Of a stretch of 64,000 bases of DNA, positions 52,280 through 61,183 are shown piece after piece (positions within the stretch are counted from its first letter, which is position 1; each line of letters opens with the position of its first letter). Both the position numbers and the translations under genes were made by a program. Below the pieces are notes generated by a model. That model had not been told where the DNA came from. It was given only the letters and a program-made list of their open reading frames with translations, and did not search any database. Origin of the DNA: Bacillota bacterium. Lineage in GTDB: Bacteria; Bacillota; Clostridia; Oscillospirales; Oscillospiraceae. The stretch spans positions 26,702-90,701 of the forward strand of contig JAQYLT010000012.1 of NCBI GenBank assembly GCA_028719885.1, given 5' to 3'.

Positions 52280-53311
52280 TTATTCTCCGTACATGAAGTT
52301 GAACATTGCCTCCACAGAAGGCACCATACGGATGCCTCCTCCGTAGACATCGGTCAGGTTAACGGCCATTACCTTGCCGTTGGCCACTGCGGGGATTTCC
52401 GCCAGAGCTCCAACAGAGGTCACCGTTTCGATGGCATTGCGGGCGCATTCCTCGGTGGACACGCCTTCCTTCTCCATGTAATCTACGATAATCACATCGG
52501 GGTTCAGATTTACCAGATCCTCCACAGACAGCGTACCGCCATCGGGGCAGGCATACACACCGCCGGCAGCCACCGCCAGAGAGCCCGTCAGGGTGCTGGC
52601 ACCCCAGCAGTACCAGGAGCCCTCAGAAGGCTCAATCACAATTACGGACAAGGGCTGATCGATGGAGGCAACCTTCTGTGCTACCTTTTCCAGCAGGGCA
52701 TTTGTATCGGCAATATAGGCATCCGTCTTGTCCTCAATGTTGAAAATCGCACCAATATCGGCAATGTCTGCCAGCACCGCATTCAGATTCCGCTCCTCCG
52801 CAGGGACGGTGTTATTGGAGCAGCGCAGGATCATAGTGGCCACGCCCAGGTCATGCCATTCGGCCACATTGCCCAGGGCATTGTCCGAGAAAGCGCTTCT
52901 CCAGCCGAAAATGAAATCCGGCTCCAGGGACAGAACCACTTCCTTGGAAGGATAGCCCTTCACCGTCAGCTCTTTTCCGGCAGCAGCCAACGCATCATAC
53001 TGCTCCTTCAGGTCATTCCGAACGGCTCCGTCCAGATATGCCATTCCGGCGATGTATTCATCCAGGCCAAAGTACAGCATCAGCTCCGTCTGGCTCTGGT
53101 TGGTGCAAATTACCTTCTGCGGGCACTGCTGGAAGGTGACCTGGATGGGATTTTTTTCATAGTCATAGGTGTTGATCGTTACGGGGTAGTGGTCAGCTTC
53201 CGTTTCCGCATTGGCAGCTGCGGTAAGGCAGAAGCTGGGAGCCATGAGCGCCAACGCACTGATCATCAGAGCGGCAGCAAGCAGAATGGACAGGATTTTT
53301 CGGTTTTTCAT
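52280..53311 (-). CDS. periplasmic-binding-protein-2 family substrate-binding protein (BtuF/siderophore type), secreted
   Basis: 343 aa with a signal peptide. First gene after the cobalamin riboswitch. Confidence 0.8.
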   Translation of the reverse strand: MKNRKILSILLAAALMISALALMAPSFCLTAAANAETEADHYPVTINTYDYEKNPIQVTFQQCPQKVICTNQSQTELMLYFGLDEYIAGMAYLDGAVRNDLKEQYDALAAAGKELTVKGYPSKEVVLSLEPDFIFGWRSAFSDNALGNVAEWHDLGVATMILRCSNNTVPAEERNLNAVLADIADIGAIFNIEDKTDAYIADTNALLEKVAQKVASIDQPLSVIVIEPSEGSWYCWGASTLTGSLAVAAGGVYACPDGGTLSVEDLVNLNPDVIIVDYMEKEGVSTEECARNAIETVTSVGALAEIPAVANGKVMAVNLTDVYGGGIRMVPSVEAMFNFMYGE

Positions 53312-53346
53312 TGTGTCTCGAACCTTTCAAAATGAAGTCAATGAGT

Positions 53347-53388
53347 AAAAAATAAAGCCATTTCCCGTATCTGAACGGAAAATGGCTT
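53347..53388 (-). terminator. riboswitch-associated intrinsic terminator
   Basis: On the minus strand: AAGCCATTTTCCGT / ACGGGAAATGGCTT followed by TTATTTTTT. Confidence 0.75.
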
Positions 53389-53486
53389 ATCCAAAACTAC
53401 AACGAAACCGGACTTGCCCTGCCAGGCAAGCCCATAACGCATCATTTCAGACAAGCTACTTTCTTCGGAAGATACTCATCGTTCCA

Positions 53487-53646
53487 TCCAAGCAGGCTTC
53501 CTGGCTTACGGAATCGCTCCAAATGCGCCTTCTCGCCTTTCGGCAATGGCATATGCCCTGGGATAACCGCTTACAGTGACCGGATCGCTCGGGACTTTCA
53601 CCCGATTTCCTTTTACCTTTTCCGTTTCCACGGAAAAGCACTTGGA
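53487..53646 (-). promoter_or_regulatory. cobalamin riboswitch aptamer (minus strand) controlling the BtuFCD-type importer
   Basis: The minus strand reads TCCAAG...AAAAGGAAATCGGGTGAAAGTCCCGAGC...GGTCACTGTA...AAGCCAGGAAGCCTGCTTGGA (P1 helix TCCAAG/CTTGGA). Confidence 0.8.
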
Positions 53647-53804
53647 CAGTAGTATTCAGCTTTATCGTACGCCTTTGGCGCACTTGAATCACTCATTGCT
53701 GTCTATAAAGATACCACATTGCAGGATGCTTGTCAACAATCTGCGTTGCCTGAGGTATTGCAAAAAAGCGGGTGATATGTTATCATATTAGAGAACTGAA
53801 TAAG

Positions 53805-53987
53805 GAATCGGTGCCGTTTGTTCCTGTGGGAATGGAACGGATAATAGGGAAACAGGTGAAAGGCCTGTACGATCTCGTCACTGTATGTAACGAGCGCACC
53901 CTCTGTGTCAGAAAAGGACAGTCACTGGCGAAAGCCGGGAAGACGAAGGTGCGTGATGACTTACGAGTCAGGAGACCTGCCGATTGC
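53805..53987 (+). promoter_or_regulatory. cobalamin riboswitch aptamer (plus strand) controlling cbiK-DUF1638-RACo
   Basis: P1 helix AATCGG/CCGATT. Core AATAGGGAAACAGGTGAAAGGCCTGTAC...GTCACTGTA, GTCACTGGCGAAAGCCGGGAAG, and B12 box AGTCAGGAGACCTGCC. Confidence 0.85.
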
Positions 53988-54081
53988 TGGTACGGGAGCA
54001 TCGTCGAGGTGTTCCAGATCACGAGGAATTGATTGTACCGTGTTCACGGGGGGGCTGAATGGCGTCCCGCGGTCATTGTGC

Positions 54082-54112
54082 GTGGTCATCTTTATGGATG
54101 ATCACTTTTTTT
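54082..54112 (+). terminator. riboswitch-associated terminator upstream of cbiK
   Basis: GTGGTCATC / GATGATCAC followed by TTTTTTT. Confidence 0.6.
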
Positions 54113-54179
54113 CGGCGTGTTTCCGTACCTGACTTTGTTGTTGTGCTTTTTACATTGCAAAACGAAGGAGGAAACACCA

Positions 54180-55049
54180 ATGAACCCACAGACAATCCAT
54201 CAGGCGGATAACCCCAGAAACCAGGATGGTATCGGAGAAAAGGAGCTGCTGGCGGTCAGCTTCGGCACCAGCTATCTTGACAGCTGCCGGCTGACCATCG
54301 GAGCCATCGAGGATGCTCTGGAAAGGGCCTTTCCGGGGTACGATCTTCGCAGGAGCTTTACCAGCCAAATGATCATTAACCACATTCAGCGTCGGGACGG
54401 GATCTCCATCGACAATGTTACCCAGGCTTTGGATCGGGCCGTATCCAATGGAGTGAAAAACCTGGTCATTCAGCCAACGCATATCATGGACGGCTTTGAA
54501 TATCAGAAACTGGTCAAGCAGGCCGCCCGGTATCAGGATGCTTTCCTTTCCCTTTCCATTGGTACCCCGCTGTTGACCTCTGATGAGGATTTCCGGATCG
54601 TTGCCGATGCCCTGGCTGCATCCGTCGCCGCCTATGACGATGAAAAAACCGCCATCTGCTTTATGGGCCACGGCACGGAAGCCGCCGCCAACAAAGTGTA
54701 CGAAAGAATGCAGCAGCAGCTGACGGACAGCGGCAGAGACAATTACTTCATTGGCACGGTGGAGGCGGTCCCCACCGTTGAAAAGGTATTGTCCCTGGTG
54801 AAGGCCGGGAATTACAGGCGTGTGCTTTTGCGGCCAATGATGATCGTCGCCGGGGACCACGCCAACAACGACATGGCCGGTGAGGAAGAGGGCTCCTGGA
54901 AGCACATCTTTGAAAGCGCCGGTTATGAGGTGGCATGCCAGGTGCATGGCCTCGGGGAACTGGAAGCCATTCAGAACCTGTTTGTGAAGCACGCAAAAGC
55001 GGCCATTGAGGTTATCAGCAGCCTGTATGCTACCCGTAAGCGGTACTGA
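54180..55049 (+). CDS. cbiK: sirohydrochlorin cobaltochelatase (anaerobic, CbiK-type)
   Basis: 289 aa counted from the ATG after AAGGAGG. LLAVSFGTSY and VIQPTHIMDGFEY motifs. Confidence 0.8.
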   Translation: MNPQTIHQADNPRNQDGIGEKELLAVSFGTSYLDSCRLTIGAIEDALERAFPGYDLRRSFTSQMIINHIQRRDGISIDNVTQALDRAVSNGVKNLVIQPTHIMDGFEYQKLVKQAARYQDAFLSLSIGTPLLTSDEDFRIVADALAASVAAYDDEKTAICFMGHGTEAAANKVYERMQQQLTDSGRDNYFIGTVEAVPTVEKVLSLVKAGNYRRVLLRPMMIVAGDHANNDMAGEEEGSWKHIFESAGYEVACQVHGLGELEAIQNLFVKHAKAAIEVISSLYATRKRY

Positions 55050-55066
55050 ACGACGAGGGGTGTCTG

Positions 55067-55702
55067 ATGAAACGGATGATACTCTCCTGCCCCACGTTGA
55101 AAAAAGAACTCATGCAGCTGCTCTCCAACTATCATCTGGAATACCCTGTATACTTCCTTCCTACCAATCTCCACAGCAGCCCCAGTCAATTGCACGAATA
55201 TCTACAAACAATCATCGACGCACAAATGGATGCAGAACAGATTCTCATCTGTATCTCCGGCTGCGGCGGTGGAACCTCCAGACTGAAAGCAACCACCGCA
55301 GAACTGGTTATTCCAAAAACAAGGGACTGCGTGGACATCCTGCTCTCTCAGGACTCTGTTCCAGGTATTCGCCGGGCAACAGATGGAATATTCCTGACGG
55401 ACAGCTGGATGGAGTTTTTCCGGGAATCCTCGCTGGACTATCAGAGCATGGTTAATCTTTGCGGACAATCCCGTGGGGAGGAGCGACTGAAAACCATCTA
55501 TCAGGGTTTTGAGCATTTCTATATAATTGATACCGGCACCTATGATCTTACTCCCGTCAAGGAGTACATACAGCCGCTGGTAAGTCTCCTGGGTGGAACA
55601 CTTGAAATCGTACCCGGAAAATGTGGGATTTTGAAGAAGCTCGTCACTGGCATTTTTGATGATAATTTTCAGATCGTACCGAAAGGCACTATCTCCCAAT
55701 AG
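55067..55702 (+). CDS. DUF1638-like protein
   Basis: 211 aa. The family is recurrently linked to corrinoid methyltransferase systems. Call rests on overall sequence resemblance only. Confidence 0.55.
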   Translation: MKRMILSCPTLKKELMQLLSNYHLEYPVYFLPTNLHSSPSQLHEYLQTIIDAQMDAEQILICISGCGGGTSRLKATTAELVIPKTRDCVDILLSQDSVPGIRRATDGIFLTDSWMEFFRESSLDYQSMVNLCGQSRGEERLKTIYQGFEHFYIIDTGTYDLTPVKEYIQPLVSLLGGTLEIVPGKCGILKKLVTGIFDDNFQIVPKGTISQ

Positions 55703-55782
55703 CACTTGCCTGGTTTCGCTTTCTTTTTAAAAGCATTTGACAAGAGAATCAACATTCAAATCCAAATGAAAGGAGCCCCAAT

Positions 55783-57708
55783 ATGAGTAAAGTGATTTTC
55801 AAAATTGAGGGCGGAACTCCCGTCTCCATCACCTGCAACACCGGGGATAACCTGCTGGAAGCTGCCCGCCGGGCCAATGTGGCCATTGACGCTCCCTGCT
55901 CCGGCAATGGTTCCTGCGGCAAATGCCGGGTAAAGCTCATCGAAGGCAGTCTGGACAGTATCCAATCCCGTCACATCTCTGAAGAAGAATGGGCAGAAGG
56001 CTGGCGCTTAAGCTGCTGCTCCAAGGTGTCCGGCGACTGCACGGTTCTGGTACCGGACATCGCCTCCGCCTACCAGAGCCGCATGAAAACCGCCGACCTG
56101 TCCAGCCCAAAGGAGATTGCCATTTTTGAAAATGCCCAGGCGGGCCTGAAAGCAAGTGGAATTCCGTTCACCAATCATTTCCGCGCCGTGGTGCTGACCA
56201 TGGCGGAGCCTACTCTGGACGATACCATGCCCGATATAGAGCGGCTGATCTGGGCGGTTGAGGAAGCACTGGGTGTGGATCAAGTGGAAGTTCCTTTCGC
56301 TGTCATGGTAAAGCTGGCTTCCACGCTCCGGGAGCACGACTTTACAGTGTGTGTCAAGGGTGAATTGGCCGGTAATGCGTTCCGGTGCATGGAGGTCTGC
56401 GGGCCGGATGACACCGCCATTGTCGGATGCGCCATCGACATCGGTACAACCACGGTGACCATGGTTCTGACTGACTTGACCAACGGAAAGCTGCTTGCCA
56501 AAGGTTCCTCCGGCAACGGGCAAATCCGTTATGGTGCGGATGTCATCAACCGCATCATCGAGCAGAGTAAGCCCGGCGGCAGGAAAAAACTCCAGGATGC
56601 CATTGTAAAGGAAACTTTGACTCCCATCATAGCCAACCTTTGCAAATCAGCCGAGATCAACGCAAGAAGCATCCTGCGGCTCAGCGTAGGAGCCAATACA
56701 ACCATGAACCATCTGTTTGTAGGTGTGGACGCCAACCCAGTCCGAATGGACCCCTATATTCCCAGCTTCTTCCGCTGGGAGGGATTGCTGGCCGGAGACC
56801 TGAAGCTGCCTGCCAATCCCCTGGCCCCGGTTCTCATCGCGCCCAACATTGGCTCCTATGTGGGCGGGGATATTACCGCCGGTACACTGGCCAGCCTGAT
56901 CTGGGACAAGGAGGAAATGAGCCTATTTATCGACCTGGGAACCAACGGCGAGATCGTGTTCGGCAATCGGGATTTTCTCATGTCCTGTGCCTGTTCCGCT
57001 GGTCCCGCTTTTGAGGGAGGCGATATTTCCTGCGGTATGCGAGCTACGGACGGTGCCATTGAGGCCTGCACCATTGACTGCGAGACCATGGAACCCATCC
57101 TATCCATTGTTGGTGATCCCGGTCAGAAACCGGTGGGTATCTGTGGCTCCGGCATCATCGATATTATCTCCGAGCTGTACCGCTGTCGCATGATCAACGC
57201 CAAGGGCCTGTTTATCCGGGAGGGCAGTCGGGTGAAGCGGGACGCCCATAACATGGGCCGCTATGTAATCGCCGCTGCTGAAGAATCCGAAACAGGCCGA
57301 GAGATTTCCATCAACGAGGTGGACATCGACAACTTCATCCGGGCAAAGGGCGCCATCTTCTCCGCCATTGATACCCTGCTGCAAAGCGTGGACATGACCG
57401 TGGATATGATCGATAAGGTCTATGTCGCAGGCGGCATCGGCTCTGGGATCAACATGAAAAATGCCGTGAATATCGGTATGTTCCCGGATGTGGAACTGGA
57501 GAAATTCCAATACATCGGCAATTCCTCGCTTACCGGTGCCTACGCCATGGTCATGAGCGATGAAGCCACCGCCAAGTGTTCGGAGGTCGCAGCCAATATG
57601 ACCTATCTGGAGCTGAGCACCCATCCAGGATATATGGATTCTTTTGTTGCCGCCTGCTTCATTCCCCACACGGACAACAGACTGTTTCCCAACAGCATTC
57701 AGGCATAA
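55783..57708 (+). CDS. corrinoid reductive activase (RACo-type: 2Fe-2S ferredoxin + ASKHA ATPase)
   Basis: 641 aa. Plant-type 2Fe-2S motif CSGNGSCGKCRV...SCC, followed by an ASKHA/DUF4445-like domain (AIDIGTTTV, DLGTNGEI). Confidence 0.8.
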   Translation: MSKVIFKIEGGTPVSITCNTGDNLLEAARRANVAIDAPCSGNGSCGKCRVKLIEGSLDSIQSRHISEEEWAEGWRLSCCSKVSGDCTVLVPDIASAYQSRMKTADLSSPKEIAIFENAQAGLKASGIPFTNHFRAVVLTMAEPTLDDTMPDIERLIWAVEEALGVDQVEVPFAVMVKLASTLREHDFTVCVKGELAGNAFRCMEVCGPDDTAIVGCAIDIGTTTVTMVLTDLTNGKLLAKGSSGNGQIRYGADVINRIIEQSKPGGRKKLQDAIVKETLTPIIANLCKSAEINARSILRLSVGANTTMNHLFVGVDANPVRMDPYIPSFFRWEGLLAGDLKLPANPLAPVLIAPNIGSYVGGDITAGTLASLIWDKEEMSLFIDLGTNGEIVFGNRDFLMSCACSAGPAFEGGDISCGMRATDGAIEACTIDCETMEPILSIVGDPGQKPVGICGSGIIDIISELYRCRMINAKGLFIREGSRVKRDAHNMGRYVIAAAEESETGREISINEVDIDNFIRAKGAIFSAIDTLLQSVDMTVDMIDKVYVAGGIGSGINMKNAVNIGMFPDVELEKFQYIGNSSLTGAYAMVMSDEATAKCSEVAANMTYLELSTHPGYMDSFVAACFIPHTDNRLFPNSIQA

Positions 57709-57780
57709 CCTGTGACAAAGCGGCTTCTGATTCCTGCGTAATGAAACGCTCTGCAAAAGCGCAACATCCAAACGAAAAGA

Positions 57781-57823
57781 AATGATACCTGCGGTTCGGT
57801 TTGTTCGCAGGTATCATTTTTTC
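57781..57823 (+). terminator. rho-independent terminator after RACo
   Basis: AATGATACCTGCG / CGCAGGTATCATT followed by TTTTT. Confidence 0.8.
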
Positions 57824-57893
57824 CGGGCAGGCATACCTGGCTATCCAGTGTGCCCGATGGAGTACAGCGGCGCAGCCCCGGATACACAACAGT

Positions 57894-59396
57894 CTATTGC
57901 CCCAGGCTTCTTTCGCATTCTTTCCGAAGCGTTTCCTCCTTCAGCCGAATCTGCAGCCGTCCGCATTCTTTCAGATACTCCGGGCAATTGTGCCGGGCGA
58001 TAAAGGTCATAATGGCAGGACTGGCGGTCATCTCAGAAAGGAGGGCTGTCAGTTCCTGTCCGTTTCCAAGGCTGTCCCGCAGCCATTTGATCCCATTTTC
58101 AAGCATCCGGCGGACTTCCTGAACCTGCTCATTGCGAGCGATCAGCCGTTTCTCAAAGCGGCTGCGAAGGTGTTCTTTTATCTCCTCCGGCGCAGTCAGT
58201 CGTTTCTCTTTCAGCTCCAGCGCCATTGCTTCCAGCTGCGTGAGCACCGCTTCTTCTCTGCGGAGCTCCCCATCGGTGAGCAGGGAGAATTTCTGTTTGG
58301 TCTGCATCGCTTCCCGGCGCTTGGACAGGTACTCCGTAAAATCCTCCTTTTGGGCGAAATAGATTTTCAGCGCTTCGTGGAGCAGAACCGTTTCCTCCTC
58401 CATACGGCTGTATTTTCCGCACACATCCCGCAGACGGTGGAGCACCATTTCTGTCACTGCAAAGCGCTCCACAAAATCCCCATCAGCTGCCAGGGCGCAT
58501 TTTTCCCAATACGCTTCTTGGGAGATTTCCCCGGACAGGATTTCCGGGATGCAGTAGTCACTTCCGTACTTTCGATAGAGACTGTAATAGGCAAAAAATT
58601 CCCGGGATGTTTCCGGCAGGCATAGATATTCGGAAATCACTTCCTCCGCCACCGGGATGCCCAGCTTCTCGTAGCTCTCCAGAAGCGCCGACAAATCCTC
58701 CCACCCCCGGGCTGTCACATAAAAAAGCCGGTTTTCCTGGCGGCTCACATGGTAAAACCGTTCCGGGTGCAGCCGCAGATAGGATTGAACTGCCCCGTGA
58801 AGCCCCTGCTGGCAGCCGTATTGCAGGAACACCTCCACATTGGGGGTCACTTCGATGGTTCGGATTCGATCCAGAGTCACAATATCAAACTCCCGTACGG
58901 ATTTGTTATACTCCGCCGGGTTGCCCGCCGCCACAATGATCCACCCTCGGGGAAGGGCGTGGGTGCCGAAGGTTTTGTTCTGCAAAAACTGCAGCATGGT
59001 GGGCGCCAGGGTATCCGAGACGCAGTTGATTTCGTCCAGGAACAAAATTCCCTCCCGGCAGTGGGTTCGCTCCATGGTGTCATAAACCGATGCAATGATC
59101 TCGCTCATGGTATATCGGGTCACGGAGACCGTTTCGGTCCCATAGGTCTGCTGGTTGATCTGGGGCAGGCCGATGGCACTCTGGCGGGTGTGATGGGTCA
59201 TGGTGTAGGAAACCAGACCGATGTGCAGCTGCTGGGCAATCTGTTCCATGATGGCCGTTTTTCCAATGCCGGGAGGGCCCATCAGCAGAATCGGCCTCTG
59301 GCGGACGGTGGGAAACAGATAATTTCCTCCTTCATCCTTACACAGATAGGCACGAAGGGTATTTTCTATCTCCTGTTTTGCTTCCTGAATGTTCAT
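57894..59396 (-). CDS. MoxR/AAA_5-type AAA+ ATPase with long helical C-terminal extension
   Basis: Walker A LMGPPGIGKT, Walker B ILFLDEIN, and AAGNP sensor region. Confidence 0.8.
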   Translation of the reverse strand: MNIQEAKQEIENTLRAYLCKDEGGNYLFPTVRQRPILLMGPPGIGKTAIMEQIAQQLHIGLVSYTMTHHTRQSAIGLPQINQQTYGTETVSVTRYTMSEIIASVYDTMERTHCREGILFLDEINCVSDTLAPTMLQFLQNKTFGTHALPRGWIIVAAGNPAEYNKSVREFDIVTLDRIRTIEVTPNVEVFLQYGCQQGLHGAVQSYLRLHPERFYHVSRQENRLFYVTARGWEDLSALLESYEKLGIPVAEEVISEYLCLPETSREFFAYYSLYRKYGSDYCIPEILSGEISQEAYWEKCALAADGDFVERFAVTEMVLHRLRDVCGKYSRMEEETVLLHEALKIYFAQKEDFTEYLSKRREAMQTKQKFSLLTDGELRREEAVLTQLEAMALELKEKRLTAPEEIKEHLRSRFEKRLIARNEQVQEVRRMLENGIKWLRDSLGNGQELTALLSEMTASPAIMTFIARHNCPEYLKECGRLQIRLKEETLRKECERSLGQ

Positions 59397-60610
59397 AAAA
59401 CCTCCTTGATCACCGCCCAGGGGGGCAGAAGCTCCGGGTGAATCGTCTTTCCCGCCAAAATGAAGACCGTCTCATAGTCCGGCGGCTCAGAGGGATACGC
59501 ACCATCCCCATCCGTAAAATACAGCAATGCCCTTGGTTTTTTCAGAATGCCCTCTTTTCGGAGACGCTCGATCTCCCGGAATACCGGACGGAAATCCGTA
59601 CCGCCCCGGCCATGGATTTTCACATTCCAGGCATAATTCAGCCATTCCTCCCGGGAGCGGATTCTGGCCATATCCTGCAAGCAGCAATCGCACTGGAAGA
59701 AAATCACATTCATCCTGCGGAAGAAGTTTTCCTGAGCCGTCAGGATGGCGTAGGCCTCCCGCAGAAAGCGGCTCACCGTTTCCTCATCGCAGGAGGATGA
59801 GGTGTCGATGGCAATGACCAATTCATCCAGCCGGGTAACCTCCCTGTATTCCAGCGGTTCCAGCAGGGGAAGATTGCCGTACTGCCGCATTCCCAGGTCG
59901 TAGTAAATATAATCAAAGCTTTCATCGTCCAGTTCCATTTCCTCCCCGGGCACCATGTATTTTCGCAGATACGGGCGGTAATCCCGGGGCTCCGGCTTCA
60001 AAAGGATGAATTCTCCCCATTCCGAGTCCGTGGAGGTTCCTCTTGTCCCCTGCCCGAAGGCACCGCTGCCGGACTGGACAGACTGCCATTTCTGAATCAG
60101 TTCCGGATGGCGCATCTCCCACCAGAGCCGATGGTCATCGAAGCGGAACGCCTGTGTCAGTTCTTCTTTCGTGAAAGGGAGCTTTTGGATGTAGGCCATC
60201 ATTTCATAAGGGGACTGATCCCCCTCCGGCAGCTGCGCAAGAACCTGGGTGCGAATGGGTACGTCTGTTTCCAGCCGGGGCTGGGAAAGGGCTGTGATCT
60301 GCCTTTCCACCAGCACATCGCAGGCAAGTCCCCACAGCTTCACATCCACTCCCGGGGGCGGGAAAATGTGAAGATACAGGCAGTGCAGAAGCGTGTGGAG
60401 GAAGCCTCTGCGAAGGGCAGCGGGAGAAGCTGCATAGATAGGAAAAATGGCTTCCGAGGCATACAGTCGGATGCCGTCCGTCCCAAAGGGAATTTCTTCG
60501 GATGGTTGATAAGGCAGCCATGCAAAGGCCAGGTTCAACCCGGGGTACAGCTGGCAGAGCTCTGTACGGCATATGGTCAGCAGGTCATGAATCAGTGTCT
60601 GCTTATCCAT
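59393..60610 (-). CDS. VWA-like protein with N-terminal putative metallopeptidase-like domain (DUF2201-type)
   Basis: 405 aa. MIDAS-like motif AIDTSSSC. Overlaps the AAA+ start by 4 nt. Confidence 0.7.
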   Translation of the reverse strand: MDKQTLIHDLLTICRTELCQLYPGLNLAFAWLPYQPSEEIPFGTDGIRLYASEAIFPIYAASPAALRRGFLHTLLHCLYLHIFPPPGVDVKLWGLACDVLVERQITALSQPRLETDVPIRTQVLAQLPEGDQSPYEMMAYIQKLPFTKEELTQAFRFDDHRLWWEMRHPELIQKWQSVQSGSGAFGQGTRGTSTDSEWGEFILLKPEPRDYRPYLRKYMVPGEEMELDDESFDYIYYDLGMRQYGNLPLLEPLEYREVTRLDELVIAIDTSSSCDEETVSRFLREAYAILTAQENFFRRMNVIFFQCDCCLQDMARIRSREEWLNYAWNVKIHGRGGTDFRPVFREIERLRKEGILKKPRALLYFTDGDGAYPSEPPDYETVFILAGKTIHPELLPPWAVIKEVL

Positions 60611-60611
60611 A

Positions 60612-60998
60612 TTATAAGGAAAAATCCCTGTCCGGGAATCCGAAACGTCTTTCCTTTAATTGCAGCAGCCACACGGTGGCCTCCTGTGCACCTGCGGAAA
60701 TGGCCGTTTCCAGGAAGCTGTCTGTCAGCTCTGCGGTAAAAGCACCCTGTTCCTCCAATTCCGCAAGCTGGGATACCCGCCCGGAAAGAATCAGCTCCGA
60801 AACCGCAGGACGAATCCTGTTCATCAGATACTGTAAATAAACATCCGCTTTCCCTGCCCCAAAATAGCCATACAGCGCACAGGCCAGCTTCACATCCGCT
60901 CTGCTTGCAGACTGAAATTTCCGCATCAGCGCCTCCTCCGTCATATTGGAACGGGCAAGCTCCGCCTCGATCCTCTGAACCTCTGTGATCAGCACCAT
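60612..60998 (-). CDS. small protein with ankyrin-like C-terminal repeat, function unknown
   Basis: 128 aa, ending 1 nt upstream of the VWA gene start. Confidence 0.5.
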   Translation of the reverse strand: MVLITEVQRIEAELARSNMTEEALMRKFQSASRADVKLACALYGYFGAGKADVYLQYLMNRIRPAVSELILSGRVSQLAELEEQGAFTAELTDSFLETAISAGAQEATVWLLQLKERRFGFPDRDFSL

Positions 60999-61080
60999 TT
61001 TCCATCCCCCGCCTTCCCTGATTTTCTGTATTATAGCAAATTCTGCGCTGCATTGAAACCACTGTCAATCAAAAATATAC

Positions 61081-61132
61081 AAAAAACAGCAATCCGTTTC
61101 GACACAGCTTTGATTGCATCGAAGCGGATTGC
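61081..61132 (-). terminator. rho-independent terminator of the Nik-type operon
   Basis: On the minus strand: GCAATCCGCTTCGA / TCGAAACGGATTGC followed by TGTTTTTT. Confidence 0.75.
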
Positions 61133-61183
61133 CTGAATTCAAGAACGTCTGACGCACATCACCGGCAGCGCAAATCCCGGAGC

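Noticed and set aside
51115-52350. N-terminal extensions of the permease ORF (and of the ATPase ORF 50339-51373, and the NikD ORF up to 63572)
   Set aside because: The extensions overlap upstream genes and lack TM or ATPase features. Internal ATGs with SD sites or ATGA coupling give canonical N-termini.
53772-54032. Small ORFs overlapping the riboswitches (53772-54032, 53783-54022, 46687-46977, 53456-53692)
   Set aside because: They lie entirely within sequences that match cobalamin-aptamer conserved cores, and they have no SD sites.
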